Positions 17,889 through 27,700 of a stretch of 44,053 nucleotides of DNA are shown in pieces. Numbering within the stretch: the stretch's first letter is position 1; each line of letters starts with the position of its first letter. A program made the translations under genes and the position numbers. This DNA is from a virus. Lineage: Duplodnaviria; Heunggongvirae; Uroviricota; Caudoviricetes. The stretch lies in the IMG/VR virus record IMGVR_UViG_2597489870_000002, positions 1-44,053 of that record; one strand, given 5' to 3'. The notes beneath the pieces were generated by a model. The model saw only the letters and a list, made by a program, of their open reading frames with translations, made no database searches and was not told the origin of the DNA.

Positions 17889-18181
17889 CAGATTACGAAG
17901 ACGATCAACTGAAAGAAGAAAACGCCCGTAAGCAACGTGACATGGCGCAGCGTGAAATTGATGACATTCGCTTTGTCATGAGCAGTGAACAGGGGCGTCG
18001 CGTTGTCTGGTCGGTGCTGGAGAAAGGCCGTGTGTTTTCCGCTATCTCACCGATGGACGCTATGGCAATGGCATTTAATGAGGGGCAACGCAATCTGGCG
18101 CTGGAACTGTTTCAGCGCGTTATGGCGCATTGCCCTGAACAGTATTTGAAGATGGCCAAAGAGGCCAGTGAACAGGAGTGA
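17885..18181 (+). CDS. Hypothetical head-module protein
   Basis: 98 aa with an ATGA overlap to the portal gene. Confidence 0.6.
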   Translation: MTDYEDDQLKEENARKQRDMAQREIDDIRFVMSSEQGRRVVWSVLEKGRVFSAISPMDAMAMAFNEGQRNLALELFQRVMAHCPEQYLKMAKEASEQE

Positions 18182-18183
18182 TC

Positions 18184-18879
18184 ATGAGTTTATTTGAGCG
18201 TTTGCTGTATCGCCGTCTTTGCAATGAGCAACCAGTCGATGGTGGAGCAGCTCCGGCTGCGTCAGAACCGTCAGCGCCTGCAGGTGATAACCCTGCTCCA
18301 GTTGGTGATCCATCACAACTGGAAGGTGATAAGCCACAACCTGTTGCTGATGGCGATAAACCTGCTGATGACAAAAAGCCTGAAAACGATAAGCAGGATG
18401 AAAAAAAGGACGGCGATAAACCAGAGGGTGCGCCTGAGAAGTACGAGTTTCAGGCTGCCGAAGGCGTAGAGCTGGATACAGAAGCGTTGAAGGAATTCGA
18501 GCCGGTGGCGCGAGAACTTAACCTGACCAACGAGCAAGCGCAAAAGCTGGTTGATGCTTATCCGAAGATTCTGGCAGGTGTTCAGCAGCGCCAGGCAGAA
18601 GCCTGGCAGAAAACAACCGAGCAGTGGGCTGCGGATGTAAAAGCTGACAAAGAAATCGGTGGCGACAAGTTGATTTCTAACCTTAGCGCCGCACAGCGTG
18701 CGCTTGACCAGTTCGGGACACCTGAACTCAAAGAATATCTGAACACCACCGGACTGGGTAATCACCCTGATCTGGTCAAAACGTTCGTGAAAATCGGAAA
18801 GGCGATGTCTGAAGATGGCATGGTCACCGGTGGTAATGAAGGCCAGCGTAGTGCGGCCGAAGTGCTCTATGGCAAATAA
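18184..18879 (+). CDS. Scaffolding protein candidate
   Basis: ATG at 18184 after AGGAG. Acidic, Pro/Lys-rich GDKP repeats followed by a helical C-terminus. Lies between the portal and capsid genes. Confidence 0.6.
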   Translation: MSLFERLLYRRLCNEQPVDGGAAPAASEPSAPAGDNPAPVGDPSQLEGDKPQPVADGDKPADDKKPENDKQDEKKDGDKPEGAPEKYEFQAAEGVELDTEALKEFEPVARELNLTNEQAQKLVDAYPKILAGVQQRQAEAWQKTTEQWAADVKADKEIGGDKLISNLSAAQRALDQFGTPELKEYLNTTGLGNHPDLVKTFVKIGKAMSEDGMVTGGNEGQRSAAEVLYGK

Positions 18880-18893
18880 GAGAGGAAATGACA

Positions 18894-19880
18894 ATGGCTG
18901 TTAAAGGCTTAACTGCGCTAACGCTGGCTGACTGGGGTAAGCGCGTCGATCCAAACGGGAAAGTCGATAAGATTATCGAGCTTCTCGGTCAAACTAACCC
19001 GATCCTTCAGGATATGCCTTTTGTCGAAGGGAACCTTCCTACGGGACACCGAACCACCATTCGTTCTGGTTTACCTTCAGCTACCTGGCGTTTGCTGAAC
19101 TATGGCGTACAGCCAAGCAAATCAACCACAGTGCAGGTCACCGATTCCGTTGGCATGCTGGAAACCTATGCTGAAGTCGATAAGTCACTGGCTGATCTGA
19201 ACGGCAATACCGCCGAATTCCGCCTGTCTGAAGACCGAGCATTTATTGAAGCGATGAATCAGCAGATGGCGCAGACGCTGTTTTATGGTGATTCCAGCGT
19301 TAACCCTCAGCAGTTTATGGGACTGTCCTCCCGCTATTCCAGCCTGTCTGCGGGTAATGCTCAGAACATCATTGATGCTGGTGGCACGGGTACAGATAAC
19401 ACCTCAATCTGGTTAGTGGTGTGGGGCGAAAACACCGTGCATGGCATCTTCCCGAAAGGGCAGAAGGCTGGCATCCAGATGGAAGATAAAGGCCAGGTGA
19501 CACTGGAAGATGCTAATGGCGGCAAGTACGAAGGCTACCGTACCCATTACAAATGGGACAACGGACTTGCTCTGCGTGACTGGCGTTATGTTGTTCGCAT
19601 TGCAAACATCGATGTCAGCAATCTTTCAGAACCTTCCTCTGCCGCAAATATTGCGAAGTTGATGGTTAAAGCACTACATCGCATTCCAAACCGTGGCATG
19701 GGCCGCCCGGTGTTCTACATGAACCGCACTGTAGGCCAGACTCTTGATCTGCAGTCTCTGGAGAAAACATCCCTGGCTATCAGCGTAAAAGAGACAGAAG
19801 GCGAGTGGTGGACTTCATTCCGTGGTGTACCAATCCGTGAAACTGATGCGCTTCTGGAAACAGAAGCCCGCGTGGTGTAA
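18894..19880 (+). CDS. Major capsid protein (by size and position)
   Basis: About 328 aa, after the scaffold gene, with SD GAGGAAA upstream. A stem-loop at 19897-19916 follows the stop. Confidence 0.7.
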   Translation: MAVKGLTALTLADWGKRVDPNGKVDKIIELLGQTNPILQDMPFVEGNLPTGHRTTIRSGLPSATWRLLNYGVQPSKSTTVQVTDSVGMLETYAEVDKSLADLNGNTAEFRLSEDRAFIEAMNQQMAQTLFYGDSSVNPQQFMGLSSRYSSLSAGNAQNIIDAGGTGTDNTSIWLVVWGENTVHGIFPKGQKAGIQMEDKGQVTLEDANGGKYEGYRTHYKWDNGLALRDWRYVVRIANIDVSNLSEPSSAANIAKLMVKALHRIPNRGMGRPVFYMNRTVGQTLDLQSLEKTSLAISVKETEGEWWTSFRGVPIRETDALLETEARVV

Positions 19881-19931
19881 CGCCTGTTATTAACCTGTGG
19901 GTCGTAACAGACCCACTAATGGAGAAAGAAG

Positions 19932-20369
19932 ATGATCACCGACAAACTGTTGATGTTCTCCGAAGCACAGGCGGTAACTGATACCGCGGCTTCTACTGAC
20001 GTAATCGATCTCGGTCCAATTGATGGGAAACGTCGTGATATCGGCGTGGGTTACCCGCTTGAGTTTTGGGCGCTGGTTAACACAGCCGCCGCAGCAAGCG
20101 GTGATGCAACTGTAAACATCCAGTTGCAGACGAGTGAGGATAACAGCTCATGGACCACTATTTATGATAGTGGTGCACTGGCAAAGACCGCCCTGACAGC
20201 AGGTAAACGAGTTGTTTCTGCAAAGGTGCCTGCCGGTGTTCAGCGATATCTGCGTGTTAACTACTCCGTCGCAACTGGCCCACTAACGGCTGGCGAATTC
20301 ACTGCTGGTATCAGTCTTGATGTTGATGCCAATACGCCGTATCCGATCCGCTCAAAAGTAACTGGTTAA
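19932..20369 (+). CDS. Capsid decoration/cement protein candidate (Bbp16-like?)
   Basis: 145 aa directly after the capsid gene, with SD GGAGAAAG upstream. The family assignment is from memory only. Confidence 0.45.
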   Translation: MITDKLLMFSEAQAVTDTAASTDVIDLGPIDGKRRDIGVGYPLEFWALVNTAAAASGDATVNIQLQTSEDNSSWTTIYDSGALAKTALTAGKRVVSAKVPAGVQRYLRVNYSVATGPLTAGEFTAGISLDVDANTPYPIRSKVTG

Positions 20370-20379
20370 GGTGATATCG

Positions 20380-20715
20380 ATGTCAGGTGAGCAACCAAGA
20401 TACCGCGTTCTGCGCCTCTCTCATATCCATAACACTCTGTGGCCGGAGGGGGCAGAAATCGAATACGAAGGTGAGCCTGGTAGCGCACTGGAACCTGTTA
20501 ACGATGCAGCCAGACAGGCAAAAGCAAAAGTTGCAGGAAAGGTGTCAATGGCAGCAACCAGCACCAAAATCATCAACGATGTGTCAGATGATGGTGAACT
20601 GGATAAGCTCCGTGAAGAGTACGAATTGCTCTTTAACGAGAAGCCACACCATAACGCTAAAGCCGAAACGCTCCGCGAGAAGATCGCAGATAAGCGTAAA
20701 GAACTAGGCGTGTAA
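20380..20715 (+). CDS. Hypothetical head protein
   Basis: ATG at 20380 after AAGGTGA. Its composition looks more protein-like than the overlapping alternative frame at 20387..20707. Confidence 0.6.
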   Translation: MSGEQPRYRVLRLSHIHNTLWPEGAEIEYEGEPGSALEPVNDAARQAKAKVAGKVSMAATSTKIINDVSDDGELDKLREEYELLFNEKPHHNAKAETLREKIADKRKELGV

Positions 20716-20731
20716 GCCTCGCGAATCCGAC

Positions 20732-20754
20732 AAGGGGCTTCGGCCCCTTTATTG
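20732..20754 (+). terminator. Stem-loop / weak terminator
   Basis: AAGGGGC-TTCG-GCCCCTT followed by TATTG. Confidence 0.45.
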
Positions 20755-20765
20755 CAGGAGTGTAT

Positions 20766-21089
20766 ATGGAACTCGTAAACCTCAAAACCGGCACTGACAG
20801 CTACCAGGATGAGAGCGGAGAAACCAGAACTCGCGATGAATACCCGTGGGGGCTGTGCATCACTCTTAATAACGACACATTGAATAAGCTGAAGGCGCAA
20901 CCTAAGGGCGTCGGAACGGAAGTGATGATAACTGCAAAGGCTGTTATTCGAGGCCTGTCTGCCAGAGAAACTGACGATGGCGTTAATCGCAGCGCCGATC
21001 TGCAGATCACTGATATGGCGATCGCTCCTGTTTCCGGGGATGTAGAAAAATCAGCGGCTGAAACTCTGTACGGTAACGGAGGTGAGTGA
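20766..21089 (+). CDS. Hypothetical virion-module protein
   Basis: The ATG at 20766 lies 7 nt after AGGAG. Confidence 0.6.
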   Translation: MELVNLKTGTDSYQDESGETRTRDEYPWGLCITLNNDTLNKLKAQPKGVGTEVMITAKAVIRGLSARETDDGVNRSADLQITDMAIAPVSGDVEKSAAETLYGNGGE

Positions 21090-21694
21090 TGGCCTCTGTA
21101 GTAGAGATCTGTAATCGTGCGCTGTCCAATATTGGCAACAGCCGCAGCATTAACAGCCTGACGGAAGCCAGCAAGGAAGCGGGGGAATGTTCGCTGCACT
21201 TTGAGGCCTGCCGTGATGCTGTGCTTTCTGATTTTGACTGGAACTTTGCTACCAAACGCGTGGCGCTTGCAGATACGAGCAATCCACCGCCTGACTGGGA
21301 ATATGCGTACCAGTACCCGTCAGATTGTCTGCGCATTACTGAAATTATGCTTCCTGGTGTACGCAATCCAACAGCAGCAATGCGCGTTCAGTACGAAGTT
21401 GGTGCAGACACCAACGGAACAGGAAAGTTGATCTACACAGACCAGCCTCAGGCATGGCTCAAGTATGTCTCTCGCGTTACAGATGTGAACATGTTTGATG
21501 CCATTTTTATGGAGGCGTTGGCCTGGCGTCTTGCGGCAGCTATTAACATGGCGCTGACTGGGAATACAGACCTCGGTACGTTTGCCCTCAATATGTACAA
21601 TCGCGTGATTCTTAGTGCTGGCTCGCATAGCCAGAATGAATCACAGGAACCACAGCCACCGGTTGATGAGTTTACCATTGCGAGGTTGTCCTGA
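21089..21694 (+). CDS. Hypothetical head-tail joining candidate
   Basis: About 201 aa, with TGATG coupling at both ends. Confidence 0.55.
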   Translation: MASVVEICNRALSNIGNSRSINSLTEASKEAGECSLHFEACRDAVLSDFDWNFATKRVALADTSNPPPDWEYAYQYPSDCLRITEIMLPGVRNPTAAMRVQYEVGADTNGTGKLIYTDQPQAWLKYVSRVTDVNMFDAIFMEALAWRLAAAINMALTGNTDLGTFALNMYNRVILSAGSHSQNESQEPQPPVDEFTIARLS

Positions 21695-24171
21695 TGGCTA
21701 TCAGTTGGATCCAGCCCAGCTTTGCCGGTGGTGAGATTGGACCGTCGTTGTACGGGCGTATTGACATGGCGAAGTACCAGGTGGCATTGCGCAAGTGCGA
21801 TAACTTTATCGTGCGGCAGTATGGCGGCGTTGAGAATCGCCCGGGAACGCGCTTCGTCGGCGAAGCCAAATACCCGACGCGCAAATGCCGTCTTATTCCT
21901 TTCCAGTTCTCGACCGTCCAGACTTATGCGCTGGAGTTCGGGCACAACTACATGCGCGTTATCAAAGATGGTGCGTATGTGCTGAACAGCAGCAATGTGA
22001 TTTATGAGCTGGCGATGCCATATGCTGATACCGACCTTTTCCGCATAAAATTCACGCAGAGCGCTGACGTTCTGACGCTGGTGCATCCTGCATACCCGCC
22101 GAAAGAACTGCGCCGCTACGCGCACGACAACTGGCAGATCGTCGACGTAACCACCAAAAACGGACCGTTCGAAGATATTAACGTTGACGAAACAGTGAAG
22201 GTATACGCCAGCGCCAGCACCGGAACCATTACGTTGACGGCAAGTTCTGCCATCTTCGGTGCTGAGCAGGTCGGAAAACTGTTCTATCTCGAGCAGCCTG
22301 CTATTGATTCCGTACCGGTATGGGAAACCAGCAAGACCACAGCAATCAACGATGTCCGCCGTGCAGACAGCAACTACTACCGTGCCAATACTTCCGGCAA
22401 GACCGGGACCCTGCGCCCTTCTCACACAGAAGGGATGTCGTGGGATGGGTGGGGCGGAACCGGTGATAGTGATACCGGAATCCAGTGGGAATACCTGCAC
22501 AGCGGTTTCGGCATTGCGCGCATCACTGCGGTATCCAGCGACGGCCTGACCGCCACTGCTACGGTGGTTAGCTACATCCCGTCCCAGGTTGTAGGATCGG
22601 CGAATGGCAGCTACAAGTGGGCACGGTACGCATGGAACAGTGTCAACGGCTACCCGAGCACGGTTGTTTACTATCAGCAGCGCCTGTATTTCGCCGCGTC
22701 CACCGCGTATCCACAAACGATCTGGGCGAGCCGGACCGGAGACTATAAGGACTTCGGCAAGAATAACCCTATTCAGGATGACGATCGCATCATCTACACC
22801 TACGCCGGGCGACAGGTGAATGAGATCCGCCATCTTATTGACGTCGGCAACCTGGTCGCGCTGACATCCGGCGGGGAATATACGATATCCGGAGACCAGA
22901 ATAAGGTCCTCACGCCGTCGGCGTTTTCGTTCAGTTCGCAGGGTAACAACGGCTCCAGCAATGTGCCGCCGATCGCGGTGGCAAACATCGCGCTGTTCAT
23001 CCAGGAAAAGGGGAGCGTGGTGCGCGATCTGGCCTATTCCTTCGACGTCGACGGATACCAAGGTACTGACCTGACCATACTGGCAAACCACCTCTTTCAG
23101 AAGCGCAGCATTGTCGACTGGTCATTCTGCATCGTGCCGTACAGCAGCGCGTTCTGCATTCGTGATGACGGCAAACTGCTGGTGCTGACCTATCTGCGCG
23201 ATCAGCAGGTGTTCGCATGGGCGCCGCAGTCCAGCACCGGAAAGTACGAAAGCACCTGCTCCATCAGCGAAGGCAGCGAGGACGCTGTTTATTTCGTGGT
23301 TAACCGGACCATCAATGGGCAGACGAAACGTTACATCGAGCGCCTGTCCAGCCGCCTGTTTACCAGTGATGAAGATGCATTCTTTGTCGACTGCGGTCTG
23401 AGCTATGACGGACGCAATACCTCAACACGTACTATGACCATCAGCGGAGGCAGTGGTGACTGGAGCTATCAGGTTGACTACCCGGTGACGATAAGCGGCG
23501 GGGCGTATTTCGTTGGCACCGACGTTGGCGCGCAGATCCAGTTCCCGTACTCAGAAACGGATCCTGATACCGGCGAAGTGGTGGCGAAAGAATTGCGTGG
23601 CGACATCATCTCCGTAACGAGTAATACCGCCGTGGTTGTTCGCTTCAACCGTAACGTACCCGCGTTACTGCGCACTGCGGCCACAACTAACTGGCAGATG
23701 GCCCGCCAGACTTTCAGCGGCCTGTCACACCTCGAAGGCCAGACAGTCAACATCCTCTCCGATGCCAGCGTAGAGCCACAGAAAATCGTAACCGGTGGCG
23801 CTGTCACGCTGGAGTCACCTGGCGCGGTGGTGCATATCGGGTTGCCGATCACCGCTGAATTCGAAACGCTGGACATCAACATTAACGGGCAGGAAACGCT
23901 GCTGGATAAAAAGCAGGTGATACCCACTGTCACGATGGTGGTCAACGCCAGCCGAGGCATCTGGGCAACCACACCAGGTGGTGAGTGGTACGAGTATCCG
24001 CAGCGGGAATTCGAGTTCTACGACGATCCGGTTGATGACGCTACCGGGAAGGTGGAAGTGAAGCTCGACAGCAACTGGGACAAGAACGGACGCGTTAAGG
24101 TGCGCCAGCTCGACCCACTGCCGCTTTCTGTTCTGGCGGTCCTGCCGCGATTGACTGTCGGGGGATTCTGA
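21694..24171 (+). CDS. Large virion structural protein (tail hub/tubular candidate)
   Basis: 825 aa, coupled to both neighbours. The role is inferred from position only. Confidence 0.6.
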   Translation: MAISWIQPSFAGGEIGPSLYGRIDMAKYQVALRKCDNFIVRQYGGVENRPGTRFVGEAKYPTRKCRLIPFQFSTVQTYALEFGHNYMRVIKDGAYVLNSSNVIYELAMPYADTDLFRIKFTQSADVLTLVHPAYPPKELRRYAHDNWQIVDVTTKNGPFEDINVDETVKVYASASTGTITLTASSAIFGAEQVGKLFYLEQPAIDSVPVWETSKTTAINDVRRADSNYYRANTSGKTGTLRPSHTEGMSWDGWGGTGDSDTGIQWEYLHSGFGIARITAVSSDGLTATATVVSYIPSQVVGSANGSYKWARYAWNSVNGYPSTVVYYQQRLYFAASTAYPQTIWASRTGDYKDFGKNNPIQDDDRIIYTYAGRQVNEIRHLIDVGNLVALTSGGEYTISGDQNKVLTPSAFSFSSQGNNGSSNVPPIAVANIALFIQEKGSVVRDLAYSFDVDGYQGTDLTILANHLFQKRSIVDWSFCIVPYSSAFCIRDDGKLLVLTYLRDQQVFAWAPQSSTGKYESTCSISEGSEDAVYFVVNRTINGQTKRYIERLSSRLFTSDEDAFFVDCGLSYDGRNTSTRTMTISGGSGDWSYQVDYPVTISGGAYFVGTDVGAQIQFPYSETDPDTGEVVAKELRGDIISVTSNTAVVVRFNRNVPALLRTAATTNWQMARQTFSGLSHLEGQTVNILSDASVEPQKIVTGGAVTLESPGAVVHIGLPITAEFETLDININGQETLLDKKQVIPTVTMVVNASRGIWATTPGGEWYEYPQREFEFYDDPVDDATGKVEVKLDSNWDKNGRVKVRQLDPLPLSVLAVLPRLTVGGF

Positions 24172-24635
24172 TGATTAAAGCTCAGATCGTACCGGCCACC
24201 GCAGCGCATATCGAAGCCATGCTGCCGCATGTCCGCCAGGCTGACGTTGATGAATTTCTGGCAACAAACGGGTGGAGCCCGCGCCGCGTTCTGGAAACCG
24301 GTCTGCGCACGTCAACTTTCTCCTGCGCCGGGCTTATCAACGGGGAAGTGGTGACCATCTTCGGCGTGGCCCCGGCATCAATGATCGGCGGCAACGGTAT
24401 CCCGTGGATGGTGGGCACCGATGCGCTGGAGATATACCAGCGCACTTTCCTGCGCCGCTGCGGGAAAGTGGTCAATGCAATGCTGGCTGTTTACCCGTAT
24501 CTTGAAAACTATGTTGATGCCCGCAACCACACAGCGCGTATCTGGCTGCACTGGCTGGGATTCACCATTGAAGAACCACAGCCGTACGGCATTAACAACC
24601 TACCGTTTCACCGATTCCACATGGAGAGAAAATAA
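24171..24635 (+). CDS. Hypothetical virion-module protein, GNAT-like C-terminal pattern
   Basis: 154 aa. NHTARIWLHWLGFTIEE resembles the acetyltransferase-fold motif seen in some podovirus internal proteins. Low certainty. Confidence 0.45.
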   Translation: MIKAQIVPATAAHIEAMLPHVRQADVDEFLATNGWSPRRVLETGLRTSTFSCAGLINGEVVTIFGVAPASMIGGNGIPWMVGTDALEIYQRTFLRRCGKVVNAMLAVYPYLENYVDARNHTARIWLHWLGFTIEEPQPYGINNLPFHRFHMERK

Positions 24636-25177
24636 TGTGTAGCCCGGCTATAGCAATGGTTGCAGTCACAGTGGCATCAACTGCCGCATCAATGTACAGC
24701 CAAAATCAGCAGGCAAAATACACTTCTGCGGTAGCAGAGAAAAATGCCGATGTGGCAGAGGCTCAGGCTCAGGATTCCATAAACAGAGGTAACGCAGAGG
24801 CAGATCAGCGTCGTAGAGAAATGCGCCAACGACAAGGGACGCAGGCGGCAACCATGGCGGCAACTGGCGCAGAATTGGGCAGCGGTTCATCCCTGGACAT
24901 CTTCGGAGATACTGCGCAATTCGGTGCGCTAGATGCGTTGACTACTGTGAATAATGCCCAGAGAGAGGCCTATGGTTTTCGTGTTCAGGGGGCAAATTAT
25001 CAGTCTCAGGCAGATTCAGCGCGCAGTGCAGGAAGTGCAGGCTTGACTCAGACATTACTAACCGCGCCACTGAAGGCATATGGGGCTTATCAGATGGGCG
25101 GTGGCACTTGGAATCCTTTTTCGCAAAGTAAATCGGCCCCTATATCTGCCGCAATAGGCACGCCAACCGGTCGATAA
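24635..25177 (+). CDS. Hypothetical virion protein
   Basis: 180 aa. Hydrophobic N-terminus, then a Gln/Ala-rich region. Confidence 0.6.
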   Translation: MCSPAIAMVAVTVASTAASMYSQNQQAKYTSAVAEKNADVAEAQAQDSINRGNAEADQRRREMRQRQGTQAATMAATGAELGSGSSLDIFGDTAQFGALDALTTVNNAQREAYGFRVQGANYQSQADSARSAGSAGLTQTLLTAPLKAYGAYQMGGGTWNPFSQSKSAPISAAIGTPTGR

Positions 25178-25189
25178 GGAGATACCGAA

Positions 25190-27700
25190 ATGCCAACAGT
25201 ACCAACAGTCACTGGTCGTCAGGTTGAAAGTCGCGGGTTTCAGTCTCCAGGGCTACAAACATTTAATACTCCACAGATGGGCGATGTTTTAGGAGGGGTT
25301 GCTGATAAATATGTCGATGTTTTTGCACAGGCAAAGCAGCGCGCTGATGTTGCTCAGGCTCAGGATGCATCATTGCAACTCAGCCAGATTTCCAGTGATC
25401 TGCTGACTAACCCGGATACTGGGCTGCTGAATCTCCAGGGTAAAAATGCGCTCGGCAAAGGTCAGGAGTACACCCAGCAGTTCGATGCTCAGGCAGAGCA
25501 GATCGCGATGACACTGCCGGAAGGTGCCAGGGCTGGTTTTATGCAGCAGGCGCAGCAGCAACGCATTCAGTTCACAACCCAGGCTGGTCGACATGAGATT
25601 AGCCAACTTAATGCCTATGAAGAAGGTCAGTTCCAGGCGACGCTGGCGAACAACGGAAAATTAGCCGCATCTGCCTACGGCGACAATGCTAACTATGTAC
25701 TCTACAACCAGCAGACTTTCCAGCAGATTGAAGATTACGGCGCTGCACATGGCTGGAGTTCTGAACAGATTCAAGCCAAAAAAATTGAGTTCAAAGAGAA
25801 GGTTGCTGATGCGTCACTGTCGCAGTGGTCGGCTAACAACTCCATTGAGTTCATTCAGAGCAATGGCGAGTTAAGCGATACGGTTACCGGCTCCCGCCGT
25901 GCAGTATCAGAAGGTGGTTCTGGTGATAGCGCTCGTGGCATTCGCAACAATAACCCCGGCAACCTCGAGTACAGCAAAACCAATCCGTGGGTAGGCCAGA
26001 CCGGTGATGATGGTCGCTTTGCCAAATTCGAAACGCCAGAGCACGGCATTCGCGCGCTAGGGCGCAACCTGCTTTCGTACCAACGCCAGGGGATTGATAC
26101 CGTCAACGACATCATTAACCGCTGGGCGCCGCCGTCTGACAATAACAACACCGACACCTATATCCAGGCAGTATGTGCGCAGCTCGGCGTGACTCCTGAC
26201 CAGCCTCTTGATGCATCAAACCCTGACACACTAAAGGCTTTGTGTGCCTCAATTATCCAGCATGAGAACGGCAGCCAGCCATACAGCGATCAGCAACTTG
26301 CTACTGGTGTTAGCGCGGCTATTGGCCTCTCTCAGCTTCCAACCAGCACAAAACGTTACACAGGTAATGCGGCATTCGATGCTGCATCTCCGGAGGCGCA
26401 GGCGACATTCCTTCGCCAGGCTGATCAGATCCGCAAACAGCAGCAGGCTGAATACCGCACCAATATCGACAGCCGTGTACGTGATGCCAGCGCGGCATAC
26501 ATGCGCGGCGTCGATTTCCCCAATGCGCCTACGCAGAACGACTTTATGGCGGCGTACGGCGTGCGTGAAGGAAACCTGCGTTACACCGAGTTCAGGAATA
26601 CGCAGATCGCCGGGCAATACATTGGTTCATTCCGTAATATGCCGACCAGTAGCATTCAGGCGGCAGTAGAAAACCTGAAGCCAGACACCGGTGAAACTGG
26701 TGAAGGATATGCAGCGCGCGCCCAAACCTATGATGCCGTTGTCTCTGCTGCCAGTACTGTTCTTGCGCAACGTAAAGCAGACCCAATTCAGTTTTCACTT
26801 TCTTCCGGGCAAACAAAGCCTATCGATATGACCAACCAGAACAATTTCAGCCAGACGATTGCCCTTCGTGCCTCTCAGGCTGCAGAACTGGCTAAATCAT
26901 ACGGCACGCCGCTGACATTCTTTTCCAAAGATGAAGCTAATCAGATCGGTGCTTTCTTCCGTGATGCACCAGTTTCTCAGCAGTCTGCATACCTCGACAC
27001 CATTCGGCAGAGTACTGGCGGTGGTCAGGTATATATGTCGGCGCTTCAGCAGATCAGCACCAATGCCCCATCGGCAGCTGTCGCCGGGATCCTTATGGAT
27101 AAGCCTGGCGGTGTTGTGGCTGAGAAAAACTGGTTTAACCCTGATGTTTCTGTATCACCTGAATCGGCAGCACAAACAATCCTTTCTGGTGCTGCAGCTC
27201 GCAAAGGTACAGGTGATGTGAAAGGCATACCAATGCCGAAAGATAACGATCTTCGTCTTGAGTTCTCTGACATGGTGAAGGATGCGTTTGCCGGTGACGC
27301 GCATGGCGCATCAATGGCCTACGAAATAGCGAAGGACTATTACGCTGGCGTGATGGCGAAGAAGGGCGTTGTATCAGGTGAGATTGACAGTGACACATGG
27401 AAGCAGGCTGTTAACGTAGCTACTGGCGGCGTACATGACTATAACGGCATGGGAAGCGTGCTGTTACCGTGGGGTATGTCTGCCGAGCAATTTGATAAAC
27501 AAGTTGATCAGGCCTGGAAAACACAGGTGACTGATGCAGGAATAAAAGCCCCACCAGGGCAGTATGGGCTGCAAAGCTATGGAGATAGCCAGTATCTGGT
27601 GAAGCTCGGCACCGGGTATTTGCTGAAAGATGATGGAACTCCTGTCGTTATCGATCTCACACAACAGCGCCAGAGGTTCTCAGGGGGGATCCCGCAATGA
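25190..27700 (+). CDS. Large internal/ejection protein with a putative cell-wall-active domain
   Basis: 836 aa with SD AAGGAG upstream. The segment ARGIRNNNPGNLEYSKTNPWVGQ..FAKFETPEHGIRALGRNLLSY recurs in phage structural proteins that have been linked to peptidoglycan; this is from memory. Confidence 0.6.
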   Translation: MPTVPTVTGRQVESRGFQSPGLQTFNTPQMGDVLGGVADKYVDVFAQAKQRADVAQAQDASLQLSQISSDLLTNPDTGLLNLQGKNALGKGQEYTQQFDAQAEQIAMTLPEGARAGFMQQAQQQRIQFTTQAGRHEISQLNAYEEGQFQATLANNGKLAASAYGDNANYVLYNQQTFQQIEDYGAAHGWSSEQIQAKKIEFKEKVADASLSQWSANNSIEFIQSNGELSDTVTGSRRAVSEGGSGDSARGIRNNNPGNLEYSKTNPWVGQTGDDGRFAKFETPEHGIRALGRNLLSYQRQGIDTVNDIINRWAPPSDNNNTDTYIQAVCAQLGVTPDQPLDASNPDTLKALCASIIQHENGSQPYSDQQLATGVSAAIGLSQLPTSTKRYTGNAAFDAASPEAQATFLRQADQIRKQQQAEYRTNIDSRVRDASAAYMRGVDFPNAPTQNDFMAAYGVREGNLRYTEFRNTQIAGQYIGSFRNMPTSSIQAAVENLKPDTGETGEGYAARAQTYDAVVSAASTVLAQRKADPIQFSLSSGQTKPIDMTNQNNFSQTIALRASQAAELAKSYGTPLTFFSKDEANQIGAFFRDAPVSQQSAYLDTIRQSTGGGQVYMSALQQISTNAPSAAVAGILMDKPGGVVAEKNWFNPDVSVSPESAAQTILSGAAARKGTGDVKGIPMPKDNDLRLEFSDMVKDAFAGDAHGASMAYEIAKDYYAGVMAKKGVVSGEIDSDTWKQAVNVATGGVHDYNGMGSVLLPWGMSAEQFDKQVDQAWKTQVTDAGIKAPPGQYGLQSYGDSQYLVKLGTGYLLKDDGTPVVIDLTQQRQRFSGGIPQ

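Noticed and set aside
20387-20707. 106-aa alternative plus-strand frame overlapping 20380..20715
   Set aside because: Its translation is Ser/Cys/Gln/Lys-rich and unstructured-looking. The other frame has a good SD and a plausible protein sequence.
21448-23091. 547-aa ORF on the minus strand, the longest unassigned ORF in the track
   Set aside because: It lies entirely antisense to the 825-aa structural gene, which is translationally coupled to its neighbours. Its translation is Arg/Val/Cys/Gly-rich low-complexity sequence, and no SD precedes it. It is a shadow ORF.
15988-24700. The 'MC' N-termini of ORFs 15988 and 24635 as lipoprotein signals
   Set aside because: Neither has a signal peptide or lipobox before the Cys. 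This is probably coincidence.
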